Positions 1 to 8,630 of a DNA stretch of 64,000 nucleotides are shown in pieces. The first letter of the stretch is position 1. Each line of letters begins with the position of its first letter. The stretch is from an uncultured Acidimicrobiales bacterium (GTDB lineage: Bacteria; Actinomycetota; Acidimicrobiia; Acidimicrobiales; Hopanoidiivorantaceae). The notes beneath the pieces are model-generated. The model was given only the letters and a program-made list of their open reading frames with translations. It searched no databases and had not been told where the DNA came from. The stretch covers positions 655,087-719,086 of the forward strand of contig OY282367.1 in assembly GCA_958295755.1 (NCBI GenBank). Direction: 5' to 3'. Made by a program: the position numbers and the translations under genes.

Positions 1-1
1 C

Positions 2-505
2 GAGTTGGAAGCAGCAGCAGGGGCAGCCGGGTCGATTCAGTCGCGAGGCGGGATGGCTTCCAAACTCTCAGCAGCCAAGATGGCGGCACACTCAGGGGTG
101 GAAGCAGTAATAGCCTCCAGCGCGAGGCAGGGGGTGGTGATGGGGGCTATCACAGGTGAAGATGTTGGCACAGTATTTCGAGCACGCCAGTCTAAGCTTT
201 CTGCCCGCAAACTCTGGATCGGTTTTGCCGTGCCATCCAAAGGCTGCATAAAAGTGGACGCCGGTGCCAGCAAAGCTTTGTTGAAAGGCGGAGCCTCCTT
301 GCTGGCAGTAGGTGCCACCGAGGTAACAGGAGATTTCGCCGCAGGCGATGCGGTAGATGTAGTTACCCCCGATGGCGAAGTATTCGCCAAAGGTCTGACA
401 TCAATGTCGTCAACCCAAGCTAGAGAATCCATAGGCAAGCACTCCTCAGAAATCCCCGACTCCATCCCCTTAATCCACCGCGACCAGATAGTGCTTACTG
501 TCTAG
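2..505 (+). CDS. proB: glutamate 5-kinase, C-terminal part with PUA domain (5' end outside window)
   Basis: The ORF runs off the left edge. The tail ...CIKVDAGASKALLKGGASLLAVGATEVTGDFAAGDAVDVVTPDGEVFAKG... looks like the ProB PUA domain. proA lies 2.5 kb downstream. Confidence 0.8.
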   Translation, partial: ELEAAAGAAGSIQSRGGMASKLSAAKMAAHSGVEAVIASSARQGVVMGAITGEDVGTVFRARQSKLSARKLWIGFAVPSKGCIKVDAGASKALLKGGASLLAVGATEVTGDFAAGDAVDVVTPDGEVFAKGLTSMSSTQARESIGKHSSEIPDSIPLIHRDQIVLTV

Positions 506-1128
506 CGATCTACCCTATCAAGCTCATCTGTCAAATCTATGGAGTTAGGTGCTTCAAATCCCCAGAGTGACCATGTTGGGCTAGGTTTTGTAGAAGCAGA
601 AGGAGTGGAAGCTCGGGCGAAGAGTTCTATTTTGCGCTGGTGGGGGAACATCAGATCTATACTCTGGCGGATTTCTTCGGGTTTGCTGGAGTGTGAACCC
701 CGCTTTGTGCTCACGAGTTGGCGGATATTGCGTGCGCCTCGAGGTTGAGGAATTTTGCCTCGCTTGAACACTAGGCATAGCTCGCACTGGCTGAGCGTAT
801 AGAACCCAGGATTTACTCGCTGCTTATCCCAGATAAACGCCACTGTCGCCCAGTCAAATCCCCAAGCTTTGCCTAGCTCAATGGCTTGATCTAAATGTGG
901 GCTAGTAGCCCAGAGAAATAACAAGCTGTCATCTTCGGCTATGTCAGATACTGGCAAAGTCTTAAGGATGTCAAGAGTGACAGTGGGGTAGTGACAGACG
1001 GCTCCGCCTGTGTCACCTTTGCCAGAACCAGCGTGCTGGCGCTGTCCCTTATAATCCCATGGCGGGTCGACGTAGAGGATGGCGAAGCGGTCGTTGGGGA
1101 ACGGCGGAAAAAACATGTTAGCTCTCAT
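502..1128 (-). CDS. MT-A70 family (DPPW) N6-adenine methyltransferase, orphan
   Basis: It carries AILYVDPPWDY and ...SLLFLWATSPHL...WGF..., which are typical of the MT-A70 / beta-class m6A MTase family. I place the start at ATG 1128..1126, which forms an ATGA overlap with the murJ stop. The ORF-track start at 1281 would overlap murJ by 51 codons. The stop overlaps the convergent proB stop. Confidence 0.75.
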   Translation of the reverse strand: MRANMFFPPFPNDRFAILYVDPPWDYKGQRQHAGSGKGDTGGAVCHYPTVTLDILKTLPVSDIAEDDSLLFLWATSPHLDQAIELGKAWGFDWATVAFIWDKQRVNPGFYTLSQCELCLVFKRGKIPQPRGARNIRQLVSTKRGSHSSKPEEIRQSIDLMFPHQRKIELFARASTPSASTKPSPTWSLWGFEAPNSIDLTDELDRVDR

Positions 1129-2879
1129 TGACGGGGCGGACCCCAGATGATGCGGCGGAGGGGGCGAAATAGGGTGCGCGAGACAGGGTGGCCTGCAATG
1201 TTGGCAACTATCAGATAGACGAAGCCTGACACGGCTAAGGCTAGCATCGCCACCAAAATGGCGTTCTGTGATCCTAACCACCAGACGATGAGGCCACCAG
1301 ATGCCGCAGCGAGCAAGGTAGCAGGAATCAGCCGCATGATGGAGCGATGGAACTCCACACGGTGATGAATCGCTCGGCGCACTCGGCGTTTCAGCAGAGC
1401 AAGCTCAACCGAAGCCCCTAGCATGCTACCTGCTGCTAAACCGATAGGGCCAAGATGTCGCAGTTCGGTGCCGGCGCGCTCGGCAGCATCCAGCGGCGTG
1501 AAGGCTGGCAACGAGCCGACACTGTAAAGAGTGCCGCTGTCTATAGCGATGCGATCTAGTTGAAACATCAAGACGATACCCACCACCAACGAAATAGCAA
1601 GCCTGATGCCAGAGATGCGGGCAGGTCCTGCCACATCGCCAGCCGCGTAGCAGGCATTTTGCAGCAATCGCGACAGTCCGGAGGCGACCATGCCTGCGCT
1701 ATAGACTGCCAGCACCCACCACACTATAAGAGTGTCATCAGAGGTGAAGTTGACCCGCTCGTAGAGGGCTGCCACGATCTCGCCTCCGAGCATGATGAAT
1801 GCCACAGTCGAAAACATTAAAAACAGCAGAACTCGTTCGCTTCCCTGTGCTAAACGGCGAGCTATTGAAACATGATCGGCATTGTTGGGGATTTGCCCAG
1901 AGTCAGACGGCGATGCGGCTGAGGCACTTGCCCGTGAAAGTTCAGGCAAGTCGGCGGCAGCGACACTTACGGCAAACACACTAATGGGCAACAGATACAG
2001 TACCTGTGCGCGATCTAGCACAGCTACAGCCCCCGTAGCCAGCAACGAAGCAAGGATCAAGTCTGTGTAGTTGCCGAGGGTAACTACACCTCGCCCAGCC
2101 ACCGCGGGCAGAAATCTGCGAGCTACAGCACGTACCGCTTGCAAGCGGGTGGAGAAAGTGATCCGCAGGTGTGGCACCACAGCCCGAACGGCAGGCAGTT
2201 GTATAAAAAACTGCAAACCCCCGCCGATGAGCACTCCCCAGGCTGCAGCTTCAGCAATATTTGCTTCAGCCCAAGCCCGAATGCCGGCTGTGGCTAGGCC
2301 GATGATTATGGCAGTGTTCCACAACACTGGTGCCACATATGAGAGAAAAAATCGTCTGTGAGAATTGAGCACACCAAGGCACCAAGCTGACAACACCAAA
2401 AAGCCCACGCCTGGCGCAACGATGTGAATGAGATATACAGTCAGCTCATGTTTCTGCCCTGAAAACCCAGGTGCTACGACCGCAGCTAAGGGGCGAGCAA
2501 GCAACACTGAAAACAATACCAGTGCGCCTGTGAGCAAGGTGAGCAGCCCTGCTACCGCTCCGGCGACTTGTCCGGCTCGTCGTTCATCACCTCGATGAAG
2601 CACCTGCGAATAAACAGGTATGAACGATGCCGAAAGTGCACCTTCCCCGAGTAGATTCTGGAGCAGCTTCGGAATACGCAGGGCCGCGCTAAAGGCATCA
2701 GCCGAAGAACGGGTGCCAAGCCAAGCAGCTAGAAACCCCTCGCGAACTACCCCCGAAATCCTAGAAAGCACAATGCCCGCCCCAACGAAAAAAGCATTCC
2801 TTCCGCTACGGGTTCTGCCAGCTTGCTGGCGTAGCTGCCGCCTAGCTACAGTCGGGTTTTCTCCTACTTCGGAGGCCAT
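1125..2879 (-). CDS. murJ: lipid II flippase MurJ (MviN)
   Basis: This is a 584-aa polytopic membrane protein. The N-terminal stretch RISGVVREGFLAAWLGTRSSADAFSAALRIPKLLQNLLGEGALSASFIPVY is the MurJ/MviN signature region. Confidence 0.85.
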   Translation of the reverse strand: MASEVGENPTVARRQLRQQAGRTRSGRNAFFVGAGIVLSRISGVVREGFLAAWLGTRSSADAFSAALRIPKLLQNLLGEGALSASFIPVYSQVLHRGDERRAGQVAGAVAGLLTLLTGALVLFSVLLARPLAAVVAPGFSGQKHELTVYLIHIVAPGVGFLVLSAWCLGVLNSHRRFFLSYVAPVLWNTAIIIGLATAGIRAWAEANIAEAAAWGVLIGGGLQFFIQLPAVRAVVPHLRITFSTRLQAVRAVARRFLPAVAGRGVVTLGNYTDLILASLLATGAVAVLDRAQVLYLLPISVFAVSVAAADLPELSRASASAASPSDSGQIPNNADHVSIARRLAQGSERVLLFLMFSTVAFIMLGGEIVAALYERVNFTSDDTLIVWWVLAVYSAGMVASGLSRLLQNACYAAGDVAGPARISGIRLAISLVVGIVLMFQLDRIAIDSGTLYSVGSLPAFTPLDAAERAGTELRHLGPIGLAAGSMLGASVELALLKRRVRRAIHHRVEFHRSIMRLIPATLLAAASGGLIVWWLGSQNAILVAMLALAVSGFVYLIVANIAGHPVSRTLFRPLRRIIWGPPRQ

Positions 2880-2992
2880 GGGAGCATAAAAAGGCTAGCC
2901 CAAGCGCAACCTGTTATTTTGCAGTCTTACTGTGAGGCACACCTAGCAGTTTACGAAGATTGAGTTCTATAACTGGGTAGCATAAGAAAACT

Positions 2993-4252
2993 ATGGGGAG
3001 TAATATCACAAAGACGAAGATGACGGAACTGGGCCAGCGGGCTAAGGCTGCGGCTCACCTGATGGCGACAGCTTCAACGGCTGTCAAGAACGAGGCTTTG
3101 AGACTAGGTGCGGAGGCTCTGGAAGCCAAGGCAGATGCGATACTTGCTGCCAATGCTTGTGATGTGGATGCTGCCAGAGGCCAAGGCATCTCTGAGACGC
3201 TCATTGATCGACTTAGTCTTGACGAAAAGCGGCTTGTGGCTATGGCTACGGGGCTGCGAACGGTAGCTGCTTTGCCCGATCCTGTGGGCGAAGTGGTGGC
3301 TGGCGATGTGCGCCCGAACGGGCTACGAGTTCAGCAGGTGCGCGCACCTATAGGGGTTGTCGCCATAATCTATGAGAGCCGCCCGAATGTCACCAGCGAT
3401 GCTGCTGGACTTTGCGTGAAATCGGGCAATGTGGCGTTTTTACGAGGATCGTCAATGGCGTTGGAGTCAAACATGGCTATCGCTGCCGCACTCAGAGAGG
3501 CATTTGCTAAAGCCGGGCTACCAGAAGACGCGCTTGTGCTTGTGGAAGACATCTCTCACGAAGCAGCAGCAGAATTCATGCAGCTGGAGGGCTATATCGA
3601 TTGCCTCATCCCTAGAGGCGGAAAAGGTCTCATTCAGTCGGTGCTAGAGCACGCCACTGTGCCTTACATAATTGACGGTGATGGCAACTGCCACATCTAT
3701 GTCGACAGCACCGCCGATTTGGAAATGGCAGAAGCCATCGTGGTGAATGCTAAAACCCAGCGGCCATCGGTATGCAACGCAGCAGAATCTCTGGTTGTTC
3801 ATGCTGACATCGCCGATGAATTCTTGCCTCGAGTTGTTGCCGCCTTGGACGGTGTGGAACTGGTTGGCGACAGAGCTTCTCAAGAGATAGCACCCAGCAT
3901 CGGTGCAGCCACCCCAGAAGATTTCTCTAAAGAGTTCCTAGACCTCAAGATGTCGGTTTGCGTGCCAGACTGCCTTTCTGATGCCATCGCTCACATCAAC
4001 AAGCACGGCACAGGACACTCAGAAGCCATCATCACATCTGACTATGCTGCAGCCGAGCGATTTACCCAAGAAGTAGACGCAGCAGTCGTATTCGTAAACG
4101 CCTCTACCCGTTTTTCTGACGGCGAAGAGCTGGGCTACGGGGCAGAGATCGGCATTAGCACGCAGAAGCTTCATGCCAGAGGGCCGATGGGTCTGTCGCA
4201 TCTCACCTGCATCCGCACGATAGTCAGAGGCGACGGGCAAGTGCGGGGCTAG
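2993..4252 (+). CDS. proA: glutamate-5-semialdehyde dehydrogenase (gamma-glutamyl phosphate reductase)
   Basis: This 419-aa protein has the aldehyde-dehydrogenase fold. It shows ...RAPIGVVAIIYESRPNVTSDAAGLCVKSGNVAFLRG... and ...CNAAESLVVH..., which is typical of ProA. Confidence 0.9.
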   Translation: MGSNITKTKMTELGQRAKAAAHLMATASTAVKNEALRLGAEALEAKADAILAANACDVDAARGQGISETLIDRLSLDEKRLVAMATGLRTVAALPDPVGEVVAGDVRPNGLRVQQVRAPIGVVAIIYESRPNVTSDAAGLCVKSGNVAFLRGSSMALESNMAIAAALREAFAKAGLPEDALVLVEDISHEAAAEFMQLEGYIDCLIPRGGKGLIQSVLEHATVPYIIDGDGNCHIYVDSTADLEMAEAIVVNAKTQRPSVCNAAESLVVHADIADEFLPRVVAALDGVELVGDRASQEIAPSIGAATPEDFSKEFLDLKMSVCVPDCLSDAIAHINKHGTGHSEAIITSDYAAAERFTQEVDAAVVFVNASTRFSDGEELGYGAEIGISTQKLHARGPMGLSHLTCIRTIVRGDGQVRG

Positions 4253-4332
4253 CAATTGCACAAGCAACAAATTGAACAGCTAATACACAAGTAGCAAATA
4301 AATAAGCCAAGAAAGGACGCAAGGCCAAAACC

Positions 4333-5256
4333 ATGGAATCAGGCAACAAGTTCGAAACAAACAAGTTCGAATTCGAAACAGTAGATGAGGTGCGCGCGGG
4401 CCTCGGCGAGGTGCGCTATCTGGCGGACGAAGGCATCGCCGGTGTGGTATATCTGGCCGACAGGCTGGGCAAGCCAGTGCTTGTGGAAGGCCCTGCCGGT
4501 ACAGGCAAGACACAACTAGCTAAGAGCGTGGCTGAGCTTACTGGTGCCCGTCTCATTCGTCTGCAGTGCTATGAGGGGCTGGATGAAGCCAAAGCACTCT
4601 ACGAATGGAACTATAAAAAACAGCTACTGCGCATCCAAGCCGAACGCCACGAAAGTCGCTCGTGGGAAGAAACTGAAGAAGGCATTTTTTCAGAGTCATT
4701 TCTGCTCACGCGCCCGCTGCTGGAAGCCATCAGAGCCAGTGACCCTGTAGTGCTATTGGTGGATGAGATAGACAGAGTGGAAGTAGAAACCGAAGCCTTG
4801 CTGCTGGAAGTGCTGAGCGACTATCAAGTGTCGGTTCCAGAGCTGGGAACGGTGGAAGCCAACCAGATACCGCTGGTGTTTCTGACCTCCAACAACACTC
4901 GCGACCTCTCAGAAGCCCTGAAGCGTCGCTGCCTCTACCTCTATATTGACTATCCCGACATTGAACGCGAGCGAGAAATCGTGCTCAAGAAAGTGCCTGA
5001 GATAACAGAGTCTCTGGCTGACCAAGTAGCTCGCATCGTGAGGTCGGTGCGCCAACTGGATCTCAAAAAATCGCCGTCTGTGTCGGAGACTTTAGACTGG
5101 GCGCGCACGCTAGTGCTACTCGGCGTCTCCAGTATTGATGCCGAAGTCGCCTCTGAGACTGCCAACATCTTGTTGAAGCATCGCAGCGACATAGAAAAAG
5201 CCCTCAAAGAATTCTCAGCCAACGGAGAGACTTTCGAAGCTAGCAGAGTCAGATGA
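4333..5256 (+). CDS. MoxR/CoxD-like AAA+ ATPase
   Basis: The Walker A motif is VLVEGPAGTGKT and Walker B is VLLVDEIDR. The stretch ...RLQCYEGLDEAKALYEWNY... is typical of the CoxD-like MoxR subfamily. An ATGA overlap links it to the downstream VWA gene. Confidence 0.8.
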   Translation: MESGNKFETNKFEFETVDEVRAGLGEVRYLADEGIAGVVYLADRLGKPVLVEGPAGTGKTQLAKSVAELTGARLIRLQCYEGLDEAKALYEWNYKKQLLRIQAERHESRSWEETEEGIFSESFLLTRPLLEAIRASDPVVLLVDEIDRVEVETEALLLEVLSDYQVSVPELGTVEANQIPLVFLTSNNTRDLSEALKRRCLYLYIDYPDIEREREIVLKKVPEITESLADQVARIVRSVRQLDLKKSPSVSETLDWARTLVLLGVSSIDAEVASETANILLKHRSDIEKALKEFSANGETFEASRVR

Positions 5257-6722
5257 AGAAGATAACAGTGTCCCCAGCACAAAAGGACGCAGCGCAAAAG
5301 GACGCAGCGCAATCCCCGCTACTCGGATTGCTAGGGGGCTTCATCGCAGAGCTGCGCACCGCCGGGCTACCCGTGAGCCTTACTGAAAACTTAGATGCGA
5401 TGGAAGCCGTTACGCACATACCGCTAGAAGACAGAGAAGCATTCAAATACGCACTTGGTGCCACGCTCGTGAAGAATCATGCCCATTGGCGTGCTTTTTC
5501 AACCGTCTTTGAAGTGTATTTTTCGCTACGTGGGGCAGAATACGGCACTGAAGAATGGGGCGAGGCAGGTGCTACCACCCAGGACGGCCAGCAGATCATG
5601 GCAGACGGCGGAACTGCAGCCGAAGAAGAGATGCGAAATCTGCTGTATGAAGCCCTCCTACACGGTGACCAAGCTATGCTCGCCGCAATAGCGCGCCAAG
5701 CAGTGATGCGCTATGCCAACATGGAGCCCGGCCGTCCAGTGGGGGGCACCTACTATCTTTTCCGCACTTTACGTAAGTTAGAGCTTGATGACTTGCTAGA
5801 ACAACTCATGGAACAAGCCCGCGAAGAAGCTCTTTCGCCTCTCACTCCGTTAGAAGAACGCCTGGAGCGTGACGAATTTGAGATACGGCTAGACGAGCTA
5901 AAAAAAGAGATAGAGGCAGAAATCCGCCGCCGGCTGGTAGCTGACCGAGGCGTGGAAGCGATGGCGAAAACTCTCCGCAAACCGTTGCCAGAAGATGTGG
6001 ATTTCATGCACGCCACCCGAGAAGAGATGGAAGCTGTGCGTAAAGCCATCGTGCCTTTGACCAGGAAGTTAGCTGCTCGTCTGTCACGCAAACGCCGCCA
6101 CGGGCGCAAAGGCCCGCTGGATTTCCGCAACACCATCCGTCATTCCCTCAGCTACGGAGGCGTGCCTGCCGAGCCGAAGTTCCGCTACCCGCGCCCTTCC
6201 AAACCAGAAATAGTTGTTATCGCCGACATTAGTGGCTCGGTAGCGTCTTTCGCACGGTTTACTTTGCATCTCGTGTATGCCATCGCTGGACATTTCACGA
6301 AGGTGCGCTCGTTCGTGTTCATAGATGGGGTAGACGAAGTAACGGAGTTCTTTGAACAAGCCGACGAGATAGGCGAGGCGATCCAGCGGGTCAACACCGA
6401 GTCGGATGTGATTTGGGTGGACGGTCACTCCGACTACGGCCATGCCTTTGAAGCGTTCTGGGAGAAATACGCCAGAGCCTGCGGGCCTAAGACGACTGTG
6501 CTTATTCTGGGCGATGCTCGCAACAACTATCACGCATCAGGTGCTTGGACACTCAAGGAGATACGCAAAAAAGCCCGCAAGCTCTACTGGCTGAATCCTG
6601 AGCCAAGGTCGTATTGGGACACCGGCGACTCTATCATCTCCGAATACACCACCCACTGCGACAGCGTGCATGAGGTGCGTAACCTTCGCCAGTTGGAGCG
6701 GTTCGTAGAGAGCTTGGTGTGA
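5253..6722 (+). CDS. VWA domain protein, CoxE-like partner of MoxR ATPase
   Basis: This 489-aa protein has a C-terminal VWA with a MIDAS-like motif (VVIADISGSV). It is translationally coupled to the AAA+ gene. The architecture matches the CoxE-type VWA family. Confidence 0.75.
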   Translation: MKKITVSPAQKDAAQKDAAQSPLLGLLGGFIAELRTAGLPVSLTENLDAMEAVTHIPLEDREAFKYALGATLVKNHAHWRAFSTVFEVYFSLRGAEYGTEEWGEAGATTQDGQQIMADGGTAAEEEMRNLLYEALLHGDQAMLAAIARQAVMRYANMEPGRPVGGTYYLFRTLRKLELDDLLEQLMEQAREEALSPLTPLEERLERDEFEIRLDELKKEIEAEIRRRLVADRGVEAMAKTLRKPLPEDVDFMHATREEMEAVRKAIVPLTRKLAARLSRKRRHGRKGPLDFRNTIRHSLSYGGVPAEPKFRYPRPSKPEIVVIADISGSVASFARFTLHLVYAIAGHFTKVRSFVFIDGVDEVTEFFEQADEIGEAIQRVNTESDVIWVDGHSDYGHAFEAFWEKYARACGPKTTVLILGDARNNYHASGAWTLKEIRKKARKLYWLNPEPRSYWDTGDSIISEYTTHCDSVHEVRNLRQLERFVESLV

Positions 6723-6752
6723 TATAAGGCTCAAATCACTTAGGATTATCTT

Positions 6753-7652
6753 ATGGCAGATGAATCATTTAAAGAAAAAGTTGCAGATTTGGCATCTGGT
6801 GCAAAAGATCGAGTGGCTGGACTGAAACGAGACCAACGAGAGTCTGAAGCTCCACAGCCCATAATCTCTAGAGACAGATGGGCACTCGTCACAGGCGCAT
6901 CAAGTGGCATCGGATTATGCCTAGCGCAGCGGTTGGCAGAGAGAGGTATGAACATAGTTGCGGTGGCACGCAATGAAGATCGACTTGAAGACTTCGCGTT
7001 CCACTCACCTTCCAATACGGAAGTCCTAATCGCCGATCTCTCTAAAGCCTCAGATCGCAAGGCAGTGGCTACTAGGTGCAAAGCCAAGGATAACCCGTTG
7101 GATCTGCTTATTAACAATGCTGGTATCTGGCAGTTCGCTTCTTTCGGTGAGATGACTCATAAAGATATGCGCCAGATGATGGATGTGAATATGACCGCAG
7201 TCGTAGAGCTTTCTCGTGCCGCTGTGCCAGGCATGGTGAAACGAGGGCATGGTGGCATCGTCAATATTTCGTCTATTGCGGGTTTTCTGCCGCTTCCCTA
7301 CGAAGCTGTATATGGAGGCACAAAAGCGTTTGTTACTAGCTTTAGCCAAGGTCTCTACGAAGAGCTGAAAGACACAGGTGTGTTGGTATCCGCAATTGCT
7401 CCCGGCCTGGTGCGCACAGAGCTGCACGCACGCACCGGGGGGCAAGAACATGTGCAGGGCATGCCCGACCGCGCTTGGATGTCGGCAGATGCGGTTGCTG
7501 AGATTGTCTTGCGTGCCATTGATAAGCGAGATCCATTGCGTGTGCCAGGCGGAATGAACAAAACTCTGTCTGCGTTGCTAGATGTGGCACCCACGCCAAT
7601 GGTGCGCTGGACTGCCGCGAAGGTTAACAGGCAACGCATAGCTGACGATTGA
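6753..7652 (+). CDS. short-chain dehydrogenase/reductase (SDR)
   Basis: It has the cofactor-binding motif ALVTGASSGIG, plus NNAG and the catalytic YGGTK. Confidence 0.85.
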   Translation: MADESFKEKVADLASGAKDRVAGLKRDQRESEAPQPIISRDRWALVTGASSGIGLCLAQRLAERGMNIVAVARNEDRLEDFAFHSPSNTEVLIADLSKASDRKAVATRCKAKDNPLDLLINNAGIWQFASFGEMTHKDMRQMMDVNMTAVVELSRAAVPGMVKRGHGGIVNISSIAGFLPLPYEAVYGGTKAFVTSFSQGLYEELKDTGVLVSAIAPGLVRTELHARTGGQEHVQGMPDRAWMSADAVAEIVLRAIDKRDPLRVPGGMNKTLSALLDVAPTPMVRWTAAKVNRQRIADD

Positions 7653-7753
7653 TTACAGCGCATTCCTCACGATTAATTTATGGCTCGCGTTATCCAAAGT
7701 TCTCAGCATCAATTCTCAAAATTATTAAAAAAGCTCAAAGTTTCTCAAAGTTA

Positions 7754-7768
7754 TTGCACATTGTGCAA
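7754..7768. promoter_or_regulatory. perfect 15-bp palindrome TTGCACA-T-TGTGCAA (candidate operator) in an AT-rich leader
   Basis: The palindrome is seen directly in the sequence. It lies 66 bp upstream of the TIGR00266-family start. It is preceded by four YYCAAARTT repeats at 7693-7752. Confidence 0.3.
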
Positions 7769-7833
7769 GAAATGAAGCGAAGCAATAGCTAACTTAGAAG
7801 TATCGGACAGAAATCTACCGAAGGAGAACAGCT

Positions 7834-8619
7834 ATGAGCCAGCAGATATCCAGCCATGTTATTGATTATCGCGTTAGTGGTGATGATCTTCAATTCGTTG
7901 AGGTTCAGCTTGATCCGGGCGAGACGGTCATCGGCGAGGCTGGGGCGATGATGTTCTTGGAAGATGATTTGATCTTTGAAACCAAGATGGGTGACGGTTC
8001 TGAGCCAGAGCAAAGCACTTGGGGCAAACTCAAGTCGGCCGGCAAGCGAATGTTGGCGCAAGAGTCGATATTTCTGACTCACTTCACCAACCACGGTGGC
8101 GGTAAGCGCATAGCAGCATTCGCTGCTGAATTTCCCGGCAAGATCATCCCGATGAATCTCTCCGACCATAACAACCGCATCATCTGTCAAAAAGATGCGT
8201 TTTTGTGTGCAGCTTTTGGCACAAAGCTCAACATCACTTTCAATAAGAAGCTGGGTGCGGGGTTCTTTGGAGGCGAAGGTTTTATCCTGCAATCGTTGGA
8301 AGGCGATGGTATGGTTTTCTTGTCGGCGGGCGGCACCATCGTAGAAAAAGAGTTGAAGGGCGATACCTTGCGAGTGGATACAGGCTGCATCGTGGCATTT
8401 GAAGAGCAGATTACCTACGATATTCAGCGGGCAGGGAATTTGAAATCCATGGTGCTAGGCGGAGAGGGACTCTTCTTGGCAACTTTGCAAGGACACGGCA
8501 AAGTATGGCTACAGTCGCTGCCGTTCTCACGACTTGCCGACAGAATAATTGCTTCCGCCCCCTCAGTTGGTGGCCAAGGCAAAGGAGAAGGATCCCTACT
8601 AAGCAGCCTAGGACGATAG
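7834..8619 (+). CDS. TIGR00266 / AIM24 family protein (function unknown)
   Basis: The length (261 aa) and the N-terminus ...[34 protein letters not shown]... resemble the AIM24/DUF124 family. A GAAGGAG RBS precedes the ATG. Confidence 0.7.
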   Translation: MSQQISSHVIDYRVSGDDLQFVEVQLDPGETVIGEAGAMMFLEDDLIFETKMGDGSEPEQSTWGKLKSAGKRMLAQESIFLTHFTNHGGGKRIAAFAAEFPGKIIPMNLSDHNNRIICQKDAFLCAAFGTKLNITFNKKLGAGFFGGEGFILQSLEGDGMVFLSAGGTIVEKELKGDTLRVDTGCIVAFEEQITYDIQRAGNLKSMVLGGEGLFLATLQGHGKVWLQSLPFSRLADRIIASAPSVGGQGKGEGSLLSSLGR

Positions 8620-8630
8620 TTACTTAGCGA

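Noticed and set aside
37-465. Long antisense or out-of-frame ORFs overlapping well-supported genes. Examples are 37-465(-), 9511-9930(+), 10054-10467(+), 26687-27190(-), 32620-33162(-), 38193-38618(-) and 55388-55816(-).
   Set aside because: They lie entirely within CDSs that carry clear family motifs on the other strand or frame. They have odd composition (Arg/Ser/Pro-rich) and no RBS. They are typical shadow ORFs.
502-1128. A restriction-modification system built around the MT-A70 methyltransferase.
   Set aside because: No endonuclease-like or specificity gene is adjacent. The neighbours are proB and murJ. It is therefore treated as an orphan MTase.
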